A model generated the notes under the pieces. It was not told the DNA's origin. It worked only from the letters and a program-made list of their open reading frames with translations, and did not search any database. The position numbers and the translations under genes are program-made. A DNA stretch of 63,436 nucleotides, counting the filler, from Octopus bimaculoides (Eukaryota), in assembly GCF_001194135.2 (NCBI RefSeq). It is 5 parts of 5 records of this genome, joined end to end, with 100 filler letters (N's around TTAATTAATTAA, not from the genome) between each part and the next. Parts side by side here need not be neighbours in the genome. Positions count along the whole stretch, not along the records: positions 1 to 15,260 come from NC_068996.1; positions 15,361 to 22,916 come from NC_068982.1; positions 23,017 to 42,340 come from NC_068981.1; 2 more parts are not named here. One strand, written 5' to 3'. Each line of letters opens with the position of its first letter. Position 1 is the first letter of the stretch. This document shows positions 13,802 to 26,625 of the stretch, one piece after another.

Positions 13802-14662
13802 NNNNNNNNNNNNNNNNNNNNNNNNNNNNNNNNNNNNNNNNNNNNNNNNNNNNNNNNNNNNNNNNNNNNNNNNNNNNNNNNNNNNNNNNNNNNNNNNNNN
13901 NNNNNNNNNNNNNNNNNNNNNNNNNNNNNNNNNNNNNNNNNNNNNNNNNNNNNNNNNNNNNNNNNNNNNNNNNNNNNNNNNNNNNNNNNNNNNNNNNNNN
14001 NNNNNNNNNNNNNNNNNNNNNNNNNNNNNNNNNNNNNNNNNNNNNNNNNNNNNNNNNNNNNNNNNNNNNNNNNNNNNNNNNNNNNNNNNNNNNNNNNNNN
14101 NNNNNNNNNNNNNNNNNNNNNNNNNNNNNNNNNNNNNNNNNNNNNNNNNNNNNNNNNNNNNNNNNNNNNNNNNNNNNNNNNNNNNNNNNNNNNNNNNNNN
14201 NNNNNNNNNNNNNNNNNNNNNNNNNNNNNNNNNNNNNNNNNNNNNNNNNNNNNNNNNNNNNNNNNNNNNNNNNNNNNNNNNNNNNNNNNNNNNNNNNNNN
14301 NNNNNNNNNNNNNNNNNNNNNNNNNNNNNNNNNNNNNNNNNNNNNNNNNNNNNNNNNNNNNNNNNNNNNNNNNNNNNNNNNNNNNNNNNNNNNNNNNNNN
14401 NNATATATAATATATATATATATATATATCCTCTCAAAGTATCTTATCTATATATCCTATTCAGTCGATCCTCCATATAACAAATATCTGTATTCAAATT
14501 CTGTGGAACTCTAGATAAATCGATCGATTTGGCTGTCAATAAAAAGTATTTCAAATTAAGTAGGCCTACATAAACTTTTTATGGAGAAATATCCAGACCA
14601 TACCAACATTAACTAAAACAGCAAAAACGACGACGATCACAACAACAACGATAATAATGATG

Positions 14663-14725
<63 letters not shown>

Positions 14726-15451
14726 GCAAAAATAATGATAATGATAAAACAATAATAATAGATTGTAATTTATGCAGATGGCTAGCAAATGCAGCAACAA
14801 GGATAGTGAAATATTGAATTACTTAGAATGAATGTAACAAATTATTATGATTTGATCAGTTTTGCTTTCTACTACCTTCGCCTTTTTATGTCCGTTCTCT
14901 GAAATTTCCATAATTTTGAATAGGTAAAAGAGAAACATAGCCGTTTCTTTTTTATGCTATCAGTTACTCATTGGGGACACCTTAAAACCCGACCATTAAT
15001 GAAGTCAAACCTGTAGATATCCTCTTGGTGTCTTTTATCTCAGCGGTTTCACCCTTATATTACCTGGACTGAGCGGAAATGGTCAAGCCTGTAGACACAT
15101 CCAGGTCAACACGATATTCTCCCGAAATTTTTTTGAAACAATGCAAAATGTTGCATAAATTGTAATTATATATACGCACCTACATATATAATACCTATAT
15201 GTGAGCGTGCGTGTATACCTCTATACATACACGTGTGTTTATGTATATATATATATATATNNNNNNNNNNNNNNNNNNNNNNNNNNNNNNNNNNNNNNNN
15301 NNNNTTAATTAATTAANNNNNNNNNNNNNNNNNNNNNNNNNNNNNNNNNNNNNNNNNNNNATATAGTTCAAAAAAACAATAACAAAAAAACAAAAAAGTG
15401 AGGACGTGATATGGATAGTATTATTGGACGCTCAGAAAAGGAAAGAGAGAG

Positions 15452-15488
15452 TGTATGACGTTTCGGGCGTAGCCCTTCGTCGGAAAGA
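15452..15488 (-). ncRNA. Minimal hammerhead-like motif, U4C core variant, in a PLE-type terminus (~15370-15530)
   Basis: - strand: ttt-CCGACGA-A-GGGC tac GCCC-GAAACGT-C; stem I is poorly paired. Confidence 0.35.
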
Positions 15489-15844
15489 TGGAAAGTTCGG
15501 AGAATGGAAGAACGGAGAAAGAGGAAAATGGTACCGATGCCCACGAGGTTACATTATATATATACACACATGCATATATATTGTTGCTGTCATACAAGTT
15601 AGTAACACACATGTGTTTGTGTGCATGTGTGTTGCATGCATATGTCATATACATATATATATATATACACACATACATACATACACATACATACCCCTCC
15701 TCCACCTTTTTTTAAACGACTCATTTACTGTTTGCCTTCTGTGCATTATTCTATGCAATATACTTTTGACTACCTTTTCTGGTGAGATGTAGTGCACCTG
15801 AGCATGTGTATAAGTTCATTATATACATATCTTCTCTCATTTCT

Positions 15845-16160
15845 TTTCTTTAACATCCATTGTCCATGCTGGCATGGGTTGGACGATTTAACCAGAGCTT
15901 GCAAGCTGGAAGGCTGCATCAGATTCCAGTCTGATTTACTATGGTCTCTACGGTTGCATGCTCTTCCTAACTCCAACCAATCTGAGAATGTAATAGGTGC
16001 TGTTATATGCCACTGGCACGGGTGCCATTTTCATGACACCAGTATCTGCTATGACTGCAATTTTACTTGGCTTGATGGGTCTTCTTTTGAAGCACAACAT
16101 AATGCCAAGGTCTCGGTCATTCGTCATTGCCTTTGTGAGGCCCAACACTCAAAAGTAGCT
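15845..16160 (-). mobile_element. RTE LINE ORF end plus 3' UTR and tail
   Basis: LGLTKAMTNDRDL matches the end of the RTE ORF at 9600-9640; shared ccatgctggcatgggttggacg terminus. Confidence 0.7.
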
Positions 16161-16304
16161 TTCCACATGCCACCAGCATTGGCCACTTTGCATCCGTGAG
16201 GTCCAATACTCGAAAGGTGTTTTTTATCTGCCAGTTATGTGACACCAGCATCAGTCCCAACTACGATTTAACTTGGCTTGACGGATTTTATATACACACA
16301 CATG

Positions 16305-16341
<37 letters not shown>

Positions 16342-16344
16342 TCG

Positions 16345-16740
16345 TTTACTCTTTTAATTGTTTCAGCTATTTGACTGTGGCCATGCTGGAGCACCACCTT
16401 TAGTCGAGCAAATCGACCCCGGGACTTATTCTTTGTAAGCCTAGTACTTATTCTATCGGTCTCTATTGCCGAACCGCTAAGTTACCGGGACCTAAACACA
16501 CCAGCACCGGTTCTCAAGTGATGCCGGGGGAACAAACACAGACACACAAAGATATACACACACATACATATATATATACATATACATATATACAACGGGC
16601 TTCTTTCAGTTTCCGTCTACCAAATCCACTCACAAGGCTTATGTCAGCCCGAGGCTATAGTAGAAGACACTTGCCCAAGGTGTCACGCAGTGGGACCATG
16701 TGGCTGGTTAGCAAGCTACTTACCACACAGCCACTCCTGC
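16345..16740 (-). mobile_element. tRNA-derived SINE, family B (CORE-like caccttgggcaagtgtcttct domain)
   Basis: Reverse complement of the full copy at 32727-33183. Confidence 0.85.
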
Positions 16741-17964
16741 ACNNNNNNNNNNNNNNNNNNNNNNNNNNNNNNNNNNNNNNNNNNNNNNNNNNNNNNNNNN
16801 NNNNNNNNNNNNNNNNNNNNNNNNNNNNNNNNNNNNNNNNNNNNNNNNNNNNNNNNNNNNNNNNNNNNNNNNNNNNNNNNNNNNNNNNNNNNNNNNNNNN
16901 NNNNNNNNNNNNNNNNNNNNNNNNNNNNNNNNNNNNNNNNNNNNNNNNNNNNNNNNNNNNNNNNNNNNNNNNNNNNNNNNNNNNNNNNNNNNNNNNNNNN
17001 NNNNNNNNNNNNNNNNNNNNNNNNNNNNNNNNNNNNNNNNNNNNNNNNNNNNNNNNNNNNNNNNNNNNNNNNNNNNNNNNNNNNNNNNNNNNNNNNNNNN
17101 NNNNNNNNNNNNNNNNNNNNNNNNNNNNNNNNNNNNNNNNNNNNNNNNNNNNNNNNNNNNNNNNNNNNNNNNNNNNNNNNNNNNNNNNNNNNNNNNNNNN
17201 NNNNNNNNNNNNNNNNNNNNNNNNNNNNNNNNNNNNNNNNNNNNNNNNNNNNNNNNNNNNNNNNNNNNNNNNNNNNNNNNNNNNNNNNNNNNNNNNNNNN
17301 NNNNNNNNNNNNNNNNNNNNNNNNNNNNNNNNNNNNNNNNNNNNNNNNNNNNNNNNNNNNNNNNNNNNNNNNNNNNNNNNNNNNNNNNNNNNNNNNNNNN
17401 NNNNNNNNNNNNNNNNNNNNNNNNNNNNNNNNNNNNNNNNNNNNNNNNNNNNNNNNNNNNNNNNNNNNNNNNNNNNNNNNNNNNNNNNNNNNNNNNNNNN
17501 NNNNNNNNNNNNNNNNNNNNNNNNNNNNNNNNNNNNNNNNNNNNNNNNNNNNNNNNNNNNNNNNNNNNNNNNNNNNNNNNNNNNNNNNNNNNNNNNNNNN
17601 NNNNNNNNNNNNNNNNNNNNNNNNNNNNNNNNNNNNNNNNNNCTCACATACACATACATGTATCACTCACATACACACTTTTCTTTGTATGACGGCCTGT
17701 CTTTGATTATGTTCTTATATGTCGCATTCACACTCTCACACAGACATACATCTTTAACGCTACAATAAATATCTCTGTTATTCATCTTATACGGTTGTGG
17801 TCTTTCATTACTGGTCATCTATGTTATCGTCGCATAACATATCATGTATATCACATTTGATATATATTTTGTATGTTCGACCGTGTGACACGTTTAAATA
17901 AAAGGAGTCCTCTGTTTTTCCATCCGTCACCATTTCTCCTTTTTGAGTTCGCACGGTCGTTCCT

Positions 17965-18002
<38 letters not shown>

Positions 18003-18409
18003 TATATAAAAATAACACCATCCAAACAGCTGTTCCTAATCATCTCATTCTTCCCATATTCATATCACACAGCTAAATGTGTAACAGCAGATATCACATA
18101 GTGGACAGTGAAAAAGTGATTCAGAAACAATTCTCTCTCAAGAAGACAACACTTGGAAGAAATGCTGAATGCTGCAGTCATGACAACTAATTCCTGGTGA
18201 CAGTTATATAGATAATTTATACAATCAATTTATAAGATACTCACACACATTCTCACATGTAGACAAACATATATTTATTGCTATGAATCTTTGAGGCCAC
18301 TGTCAACCATTTCCTTGAAGAAATAAATTTGATACTCAAATATATTGAGAATCCTTCAGTTAATGTTTGAAGGTAATTATGTATAACTGTACATAAACAC
18401 ACGTAAATA

Positions 18410-18637
18410 CACCAGCATTGGTTGTCAAGCTATGTTGGGGGTATAAACACAGACACGAACATACACACACACACGTATACAACAGGCTTCTTTCAGTTCC
18501 TGTCTACCAAATCCACTCACAAGGTTTTGATCAGCTTGAGGCTATAGTAGAAGACACTAGCCCAAGGTGCCATACAGTGGGACTGAACCCAGAACCATGT
18601 CGTTGGGAAGCAAGCTACTTACGACATAGCCATGCCT
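18410..18637 (-). mobile_element. SINE family B, 5' half
   Basis: Matches 16550-16740 and 32727-32890. Confidence 0.8.
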
Positions 18638-18641
18638 GTAC

Positions 18642-18683
<42 letters not shown>

Positions 18684-18697
18684 CTNNNNNNNNNNTA

Positions 18698-18735
<38 letters not shown>

Positions 18736-18945
18736 TATACCCGGATATATGCCTGCAAACAATAACTCTTTATTCGAATGGGCTATGGTGCCCAAAGAAT
18801 GATTATAATATGAAATGTCACTAAAGGTCTTTTCCAGGTGGTGCTATTAAGTTAGACATGGCTTGGGCCAATTCTGGCTGAAACTTACCTAAGTATTTAT
18901 ATAACACACACATGAAAACATATATATATGTGCATGTGTGTGTGA

Positions 18946-19345
18946 AGGCACATGGCTCAGTGGTTAGAGCATCAGGCTCACAATCATGAGGTAGTGAGTT
19001 TGATTCCTGGACCAGGCTGTGCGTTGTAATCTTGAGCAAAACACTATTTCANNNNNNNNNNTTGATTCCTGGACCAGGCTGTGCGTTGTAATCTTGAGCA
19101 AAACACTATTTCACATTGTTCAAGTTCATTCAGCTGTAGAAATGAGTTGCAGCATCACTGGTGCCAAGCTGTATCAGCAATTGACTTTCTCTTGGATAAG
19201 ATCAGGGGCATGAAGATGTGAGTTTGGTATGCATGGGCAACTGCTGGTCTTCCACAAACAACCTTGCCTGAACTTGTGCCTCGAAGGGTAACTTTCTAGG
19301 TTCAATCCAATGGTCATTCATGACCAAAGGGGATCTTTACCCTTT
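18946..19345 (+). mobile_element. tRNA-derived SINE, family C
   Basis: Head ggcacatggctcagtggttagagc (A box) ... gtttgattcct (B-box-like), then cttgagcaaaacact. Confidence 0.7.
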
Positions 19346-19367
19346 AATATATATACATGTCTTTGCC

Positions 19368-19530
19368 TATTTCGTCTGTCTTTACGTTCTGAGTTCAAAT
19401 TCCGCCGAGGTCGACTTTGCCTTTCATCCTTTCGGGGTTGATAAATTAAGTACCAGTTGCATACTGGGATCGATCTAATCGACTGGCCCCCTCCCCAAAA
19501 ATTTCAGGCCTTGTGCCTAGAGTAAAAAAA
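19368..19530 (+). mobile_element. SINE family A, 5'-truncated
   Basis: Near-identical to 7740-7900. Confidence 0.85.
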
Positions 19531-21224
19531 AATGTATATATATGTATATATACACATACACAACATGTATGAGCATGTATATATAAGTGGGTGTTTATAA
19601 ATATACTGGTAGAATCAAATCTTGTTTCTCTTTAGTGATGGATAAAATTATTCATAATTTGGTTCATTTCATCGACTCACTTATTGATGCCTTTTAAAAC
19701 AAATGAAATGGGGTTATCTTCCTTCCACTCATCAACAGCCATGAGCTTTGGGGGTCTTTTTCCTACATCTCCTTGACAACTAAGATAACAATATTTTAAT
19801 TATAAAGCAGTATTTAGTACAACATAAAATTATTACCAGGAAAAAAGTTTTGACTTCGATAAACAACCTTTCTACACAAGTAGTATATAAGTTTCAGGTG
19901 AACCTGACATTAAACAACCCCAGTCTGTCACTTCAATTTAGTCTTACTTCAGCCTTGATTTAGCAGACCTATGACCAAAAGTAATCCCTCACCCATTACC
20001 TAGGGTCAATTTCAGCTGCACAGACTATACTCTCAACCCAAACTCTTTTTCCCTTCTTACTAACTTCACCTGCAGCAGATGTCATTGTTGCAGCAGATCA
20101 AGAGCAGGTCTTGTAGCCCTGATGTGAGCCTGCCAGACATGATTACTGAATGAAAACAGTCGATGTTGATCTTTGACAGACAGCCAAAGAATAATTACTA
20201 GAGTTCCAGCAACAAGGACTTCCAGTTATTTTGATTCAAAGTCTCCGTCTTTTTCTAGTTGTCTCCTCTCTTTGCTCTTTCTGTTACCTCTATAGTGACC
20301 TATGTCCACCAGAGCCAGTTCATGTCAGCCAAACCAAACCTGCCCAACTCATATGTCAACATCCATATTGTATCCACTATCCAAGCAGCAACTGTGCTAA
20401 CCATAATTATCAATCGTTTTTCCAAACCCAGATTGTCACCTGACTGGAGCTCAAGAAAAACTTCAGCCACATTAATCTCACAAGCCCCAAAGAGCCTATG
20501 AAAACTATGGACTTTTGGCAAAACATAGACATCAAAAAAAATAGGCACCAGACTTGAAAAAATAAGAAGGGAAATAAGTAAAAGAGAAAATATTCTGAGT
20601 ATCTGGGTGGAAAACTTAACAAGTTGCCTTGTGCCTTGGGTACCTTTAGCAGACTCCATTCTACTAAAAGCCAGATCTCTAGTTTTTGAAATTAAGAATG
20701 CCTTCCTCTATCTCTCTCCCACCAGTGTTTAATGCTCTTTAAAAGATCATAGATTCTGCCTTTTGGGATCATAAAAACCAAACATATTTATCTACAGTCA
20801 TCTGTGCATCGTACTTAATATATACACACTGTTTATAAGCCAGTTACTGCAGTGTTTGTCCAGAGATAGCATCTTTTATGGACTTACTCTGATAAAAACA
20901 GAATAAATACCAAAGAGAGCTGAAAATTCCTGCCAACAGGAGCCAGCAAGGGTGCCAGATGCATTTTGTCCTTTTTAATGGCCATAAATGGTTATTTTAA
21001 TTTAATATTACTTCCATTGCATATACTGGATTTCTACTCAGCCTGACAGATACTTGCAACATCAGTGGAAGTTTTATTTCTTTTTTTTCTACCTCAGAAG
21101 CAACAAATTCTTTCCTGAACATGTGTCTGGTTGTGAGTACATGCCACTGAAAAGGCCCAAAAGGGTTGAAATGCATTGAGTGTTCTCACTGGTAGCTATT
21201 GGAGTGGATTTCCATCTCTCATCA

Positions 21225-21335
21225 TCATCATCATCATTTAACGTCCGCTTTCCATGCTGGCATGGGTTGGACGATTTGACCAATGCCAACCACTCCGAGA
21301 GTGTAGTGGGTGCTTTTACGTGCCACCAGCACTCT
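21225..21335 (-). mobile_element. RTE 3' terminus with (GAT)n tail
   Basis: Matches 56345-56520 and 61514-61700, with an internal deletion. Confidence 0.75.
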
Positions 21336-22239
21336 CGGTGTCTCTCCCTTATATTTGTTGTGCGTTTAACACAACAATTACATAAGAAATGTTATCTCAA
21401 GACAAACACTGCAGCAACTGAATTTTTATCTATTGACCCCGATAGTTTGAAGGTGACAGGATGGGATATGAGGAAGATTTAGCTGCTACTTCTAGCAAAG
21501 CAAGCAACCATGTAGTGTCTTCCACGGTAATAGATAAAAGGTAAAAGGCAGACAAACCTGGATGAGGTGATATTTTTTAGACAGCAAAAAAAGGTCAATA
21601 TTGTTGTGATCACTTAGATTTGAGTGAGTTAAGTGTTGTCTTTTGTCACTTGACTTTTATTGACTTCACTTCATCTATGGAAGAATTACTTAATGTAACT
21701 CTGAGTGATTTTTCTTTCATTAATTTTTTTTTTGATTTTTCTCTTTTTTTTTTGTTTCATCTAAAACTGAAAAATAGGCAGTGGTGGATTGATGGCTGTT
21801 GTGTCAGTTGTACTCTCTCTCTCTCTATCTCTTTTAAATACATACAAATATATATATATATATATATAGACATTGATATTTATATATNNNNNNNNNNNNN
21901 NNNNNNNNNNNNNNNNNNNNNNNNNNNNNNNNNNNNNNNNNNNNNNNNNNNNNNNNNNNNNNNNNNNNNNNNNNNNNNNNNNNNNNNNNNNNNNNNNNNN
22001 NNNNNNNNNNNNNNNNNNNNNNNNNNNNNNNNNNNNNNNNNNNNNNNNNNNNNNNNNNNNNNNNNNNNNNNNNNNNNNNNNNNNNNNNNNNNNNNNNNNN
22101 NNNNNNNNNNNNNNNNNNNNNNNNNNNNNNNNNNNNNNNNNNNNNNNNNNNNNNNNNAGGCAGAGTGAGGTAGGTTATCATATTATTGTCATTATTAGAT
22201 TATATTTTTATAACAAAAAGCTATATTTTTATTGTTTTT

Positions 22240-22289
<50 letters not shown>

Positions 22290-22627
22290 AACACACACAC
22301 ATGTATATATATGAAAGCAAGGCAGAAAGTTGGATGAATAGGTAGGTGGTGGTAGGTATAGGGAGAGAGAACTATGTGTGCACACACAAACAAGTACATA
22401 TATATGTGTGTGTGTACAGAACTAGCAATAAATAGACTGTTGTGTAGGGAGAGAGATCCTTACATAGGTTTATATAACAAAAGGTAATAGATTTAGCTTT
22501 TAGTGAAGAAGGAGGAAAAGAAGAAGAAGAAGAAGAAATCAATTTATACATTGAAATAAATAATTAAATGCACAATGAAGAAAAATACATAAATACACAC
22601 ACACACACACATATATATATACAAAGA

Positions 22628-22916
22628 GAATGAATGGGAGAAAGAGAGCCTGCCGTATGTCGACCCAATAGAGGGACCAGCTATCCGAGTTGATAGTACC
22701 AGCGTAGATAAAGCAATTAAGAGTATGAAGACCGGGAAAGCCCCCGGCCCATCAGGAATCACTGCAGAGATGCTCAAAATATCTGGCAGTGTTGGCTATA
22801 GCCTAGTCACCCGTATTACGAACCAGGTGATACACGAAGGAGTCATACCCAATGACTGGTGTAGCAGCATCATAGTCAACTGCTACAAAGGTAAAGGTGA
22901 CGCTTTAGATACAAAT
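22628..22916 (+). mobile_element. RTE LINE reverse-transcriptase N-terminal fragment
   Basis: KAIKSMKTGKAPGPSGITAEMLK...IPNDWCSSIIVNCYKGKGDALDTN, running into a gap. Confidence 0.9.
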
Positions 22917-23529
22917 NNNNNNNNNNNNNNNNNNNNNNNNNNNNNNNNNNNNNNNNNNNNTTAATTAATTAANNNNNNNNNNNNNNNNNNNNNNNNNNNN
23001 NNNNNNNNNNNNNNNNTATATATATATATATATATATATATGTAGATACACATTCATTTGTGTATATACGTATATGTATCTATCTGTGTGTGTGTGCGTT
23101 TGTGTGCATGCGTGCTTGCGTGCATTTCTATATATGGAATAAGAAGGACACTATGATACTCATGACATATGGTAAGTTGAAATATTTTATTATCTAAAGT
23201 ACGTTGAGTTAAGTTAGTGCACTGTCAATTAAAGTTACAGGTCTTCATGAAAACTTATTGCTTGCGGCGTTGATGTTGCCTGTAGCATGGACACAAAAGC
23301 TTTCCATTTACAATCACGGTATTACAACGGCAACTTTCACATACAATACAACTGAAATTCAAAGGAAGTTTTCGCATTTGTTTAATGATTATTATGAGCA
23401 AAATGTTGAATATTTGTTATGAACCTGGAACATTGTTATGTGTGTATACGAGTTAAATAACGTCAAGAAATCTGAATCAGTCTCTGTGCCGTAAAGGTAA
23501 ATTAATAACATACATACATGCATACATAC

Positions 23530-23573
<44 letters not shown>

Positions 23574-23946
23574 TTGAAAAGATTTGTAAATGTACCACAC
23601 GAGTAAGTTGATATTAAAGATAAACAAAAATGAAAATGACACTTTTAAAAAGAATTGGGTGTTTTAATTAATTTATAATACATGTTTCGGTTTTTTTGAA
23701 AAACCTTATCAAAAATGAGTATAAAATATGTGAGAGGAGAAGAGGGCTATTAATAAAAGAAAATTGAAATTAAAATTAAGAATAACATTCATAGTTTAGG
23801 CACATGATTCACTAAAAATAGAAGTCAAAATACTAATTCTAAACCACAGAAGAATCCCAAAATTAATACATGTGTGATAGGACAAAACAATTTGTGAATA
23901 AGTATAGCTTTCTACTTCCGCCAAGGATGCAAGAGGAATGCTGGTT

Positions 23947-24006
23947 AATTTAATATCATGATTTCGAATTTAGCGCCAAGGGTGCCTGAATCTCTTCAGT
24001 CAAATC
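23947..24006 (-). ncRNA. Minimal type I hammerhead ribozyme candidate
   Basis: - strand: gatttga-CTGAAGA-GA..TC-GAA-ATCATGAT-A-ttaaatt; intact core, palindromic stem III, 7-bp stem I with G.U pairs, weak stem II. Confidence 0.55.
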
Positions 24007-24359
24007 TACCAGGGACAGCTACTTGAATTTGTCCCTACCATGGATGTAAATTCATTTGAGTAGTCGAACACAATTGGAACAAACGAATTGCGTGAAATTA
24101 TTTATGTATATAAGAACGATAATATTTCTAGAATAAAATATTGTTAGTGGCCGAGAGCGTACAGCTGTAGAGGCAAATTAATAATATATATACATAATAT
24201 ATATATATACTTATATATATATAAAACAAATAATAAATGAGTATATGCATATATACGTACAAGTATGTGCATATATATATATATAATAGGTTACTACATA
24301 ATCACCTGCTTCGCTAAAAAATATGGTCAAAATTCTAAGCCACAGAAGAATCAGAGTAT

Positions 24360-24530
<171 letters not shown>

Positions 24531-25120
24531 AATGAAAACGTAGGGTAAAAAAAAAAACTGCGACATAACATATGCTGAATGAAAAACTGGACGGGAGGCA
24601 AACACAGAAGGTCTGTAATTTTTCATCAGTTATCAAGCAGTTGCAAATAATCACACTGAGAGCTTCGCAATTGGCGGCATTCGCAAAAATAATTCTTTCT
24701 GCGGAGAATTCAGGGCCGAGAGCAAGCAAAACAGGACAAAACAAAGCAAAGTTACACAGAATGTGATTTAGGATGGTGGATAAGGACGTACATTCGAGCA
24801 AAATATGGTCTTTGTTTCAAGAAGACGAGAATAGTGGGTAACGCTTAGAAAATAACCTAAAGGACGGAGAGACAGAGTATTTGCAACAGATCAGTTCGGG
24901 ACCAATGTAAGAAAGGCAGAGTAAGAGAAGCTGGCCGCGGGTCACATGACAGCAGCAAGCAAAGGAGAAAGACAGCAAACGAGGGAGAGAGAGTGAGACA
25001 AAAAGGGAAGAGATGAAGGGAGAAATGCAAAATGAAAAAGGCTAGAGATAGAAAAGGAGAAAGTGGAAAGGCTAGAATAGAAGTGAGGTGGTAAGAGGAA
25101 GAAAACAGGTAAGAATGAAC

Positions 25121-25180
<60 letters not shown>

Positions 25181-25689
25181 NNNNNNNNNNNNNNNNNNNN
25201 NNNNNNNNNNNNNNNNNNNNNNNNNNNNNNNNNNNNNNNNNNNNNNNNNNNNNNNNNNNNNNNNNNNNNNNNNNNNNNNNNNNNNNNNNNNNNNNNNNNN
25301 NNNNNNNNNNNNNNNNNNNNNNNNNNNNNNNNNNNNNNNNNNNNNNNNNNNNNNNNNNNNNNNNNNNNNNNNNNNNNNNNNNNNNNNNNNNNNNNNNNNN
25401 NNNNNNNNNNNNNNNNNNNNNNNNNNNNNNNNNNNNNTATATATATATATATATATGTATATATATGCATATTTGTGTTTGTTTTGGATGTATATCTGTG
25501 CATGCGTGTTGTGTGCGTGTGTGCGCGTCGACAGATAGATAAATAAGTGTTACGGGGGAAAATATATAATACATTGGAAACATCTAACCGTAGGAAGCGC
25601 ACTTAGTAGAGATAGCACCCTTGATGTTAGAATAAATCACAGGAATCTGAAAGCTAGTGCTACTTTTAGCACTATAGAGAATTTGGTCT

Positions 25690-26470
<781 letters not shown>

Positions 26471-26590
26471 CACCGAGGTACATTTGTATCAAAACAGAAT
26501 CAATTATCACATCTAAACAAAAGCTGGGCTGAAAAGACACTTGGGTGTATATGAATGTGCAATATTCAACGATAAAAAGTAGTAATCAGC

Positions 26591-26625
<35 letters not shown>

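Noticed and set aside
15305-15316. TTAATTAATTAA isolated in the middle of N runs (also 22961, 42385, 57214)
   Set aside because: An identical 12-mer with stops in all frames centred in 100-nt gaps is an artificial scaffolding linker. It also means contiguity across these points is uncertain.
19003-19111. Exact ~50-nt duplication across a short N gap
   Set aside because: Contig-overlap artefact.
19850-20700. Possible old LINE remnant
   Set aside because: No diagnostic motif could be read.
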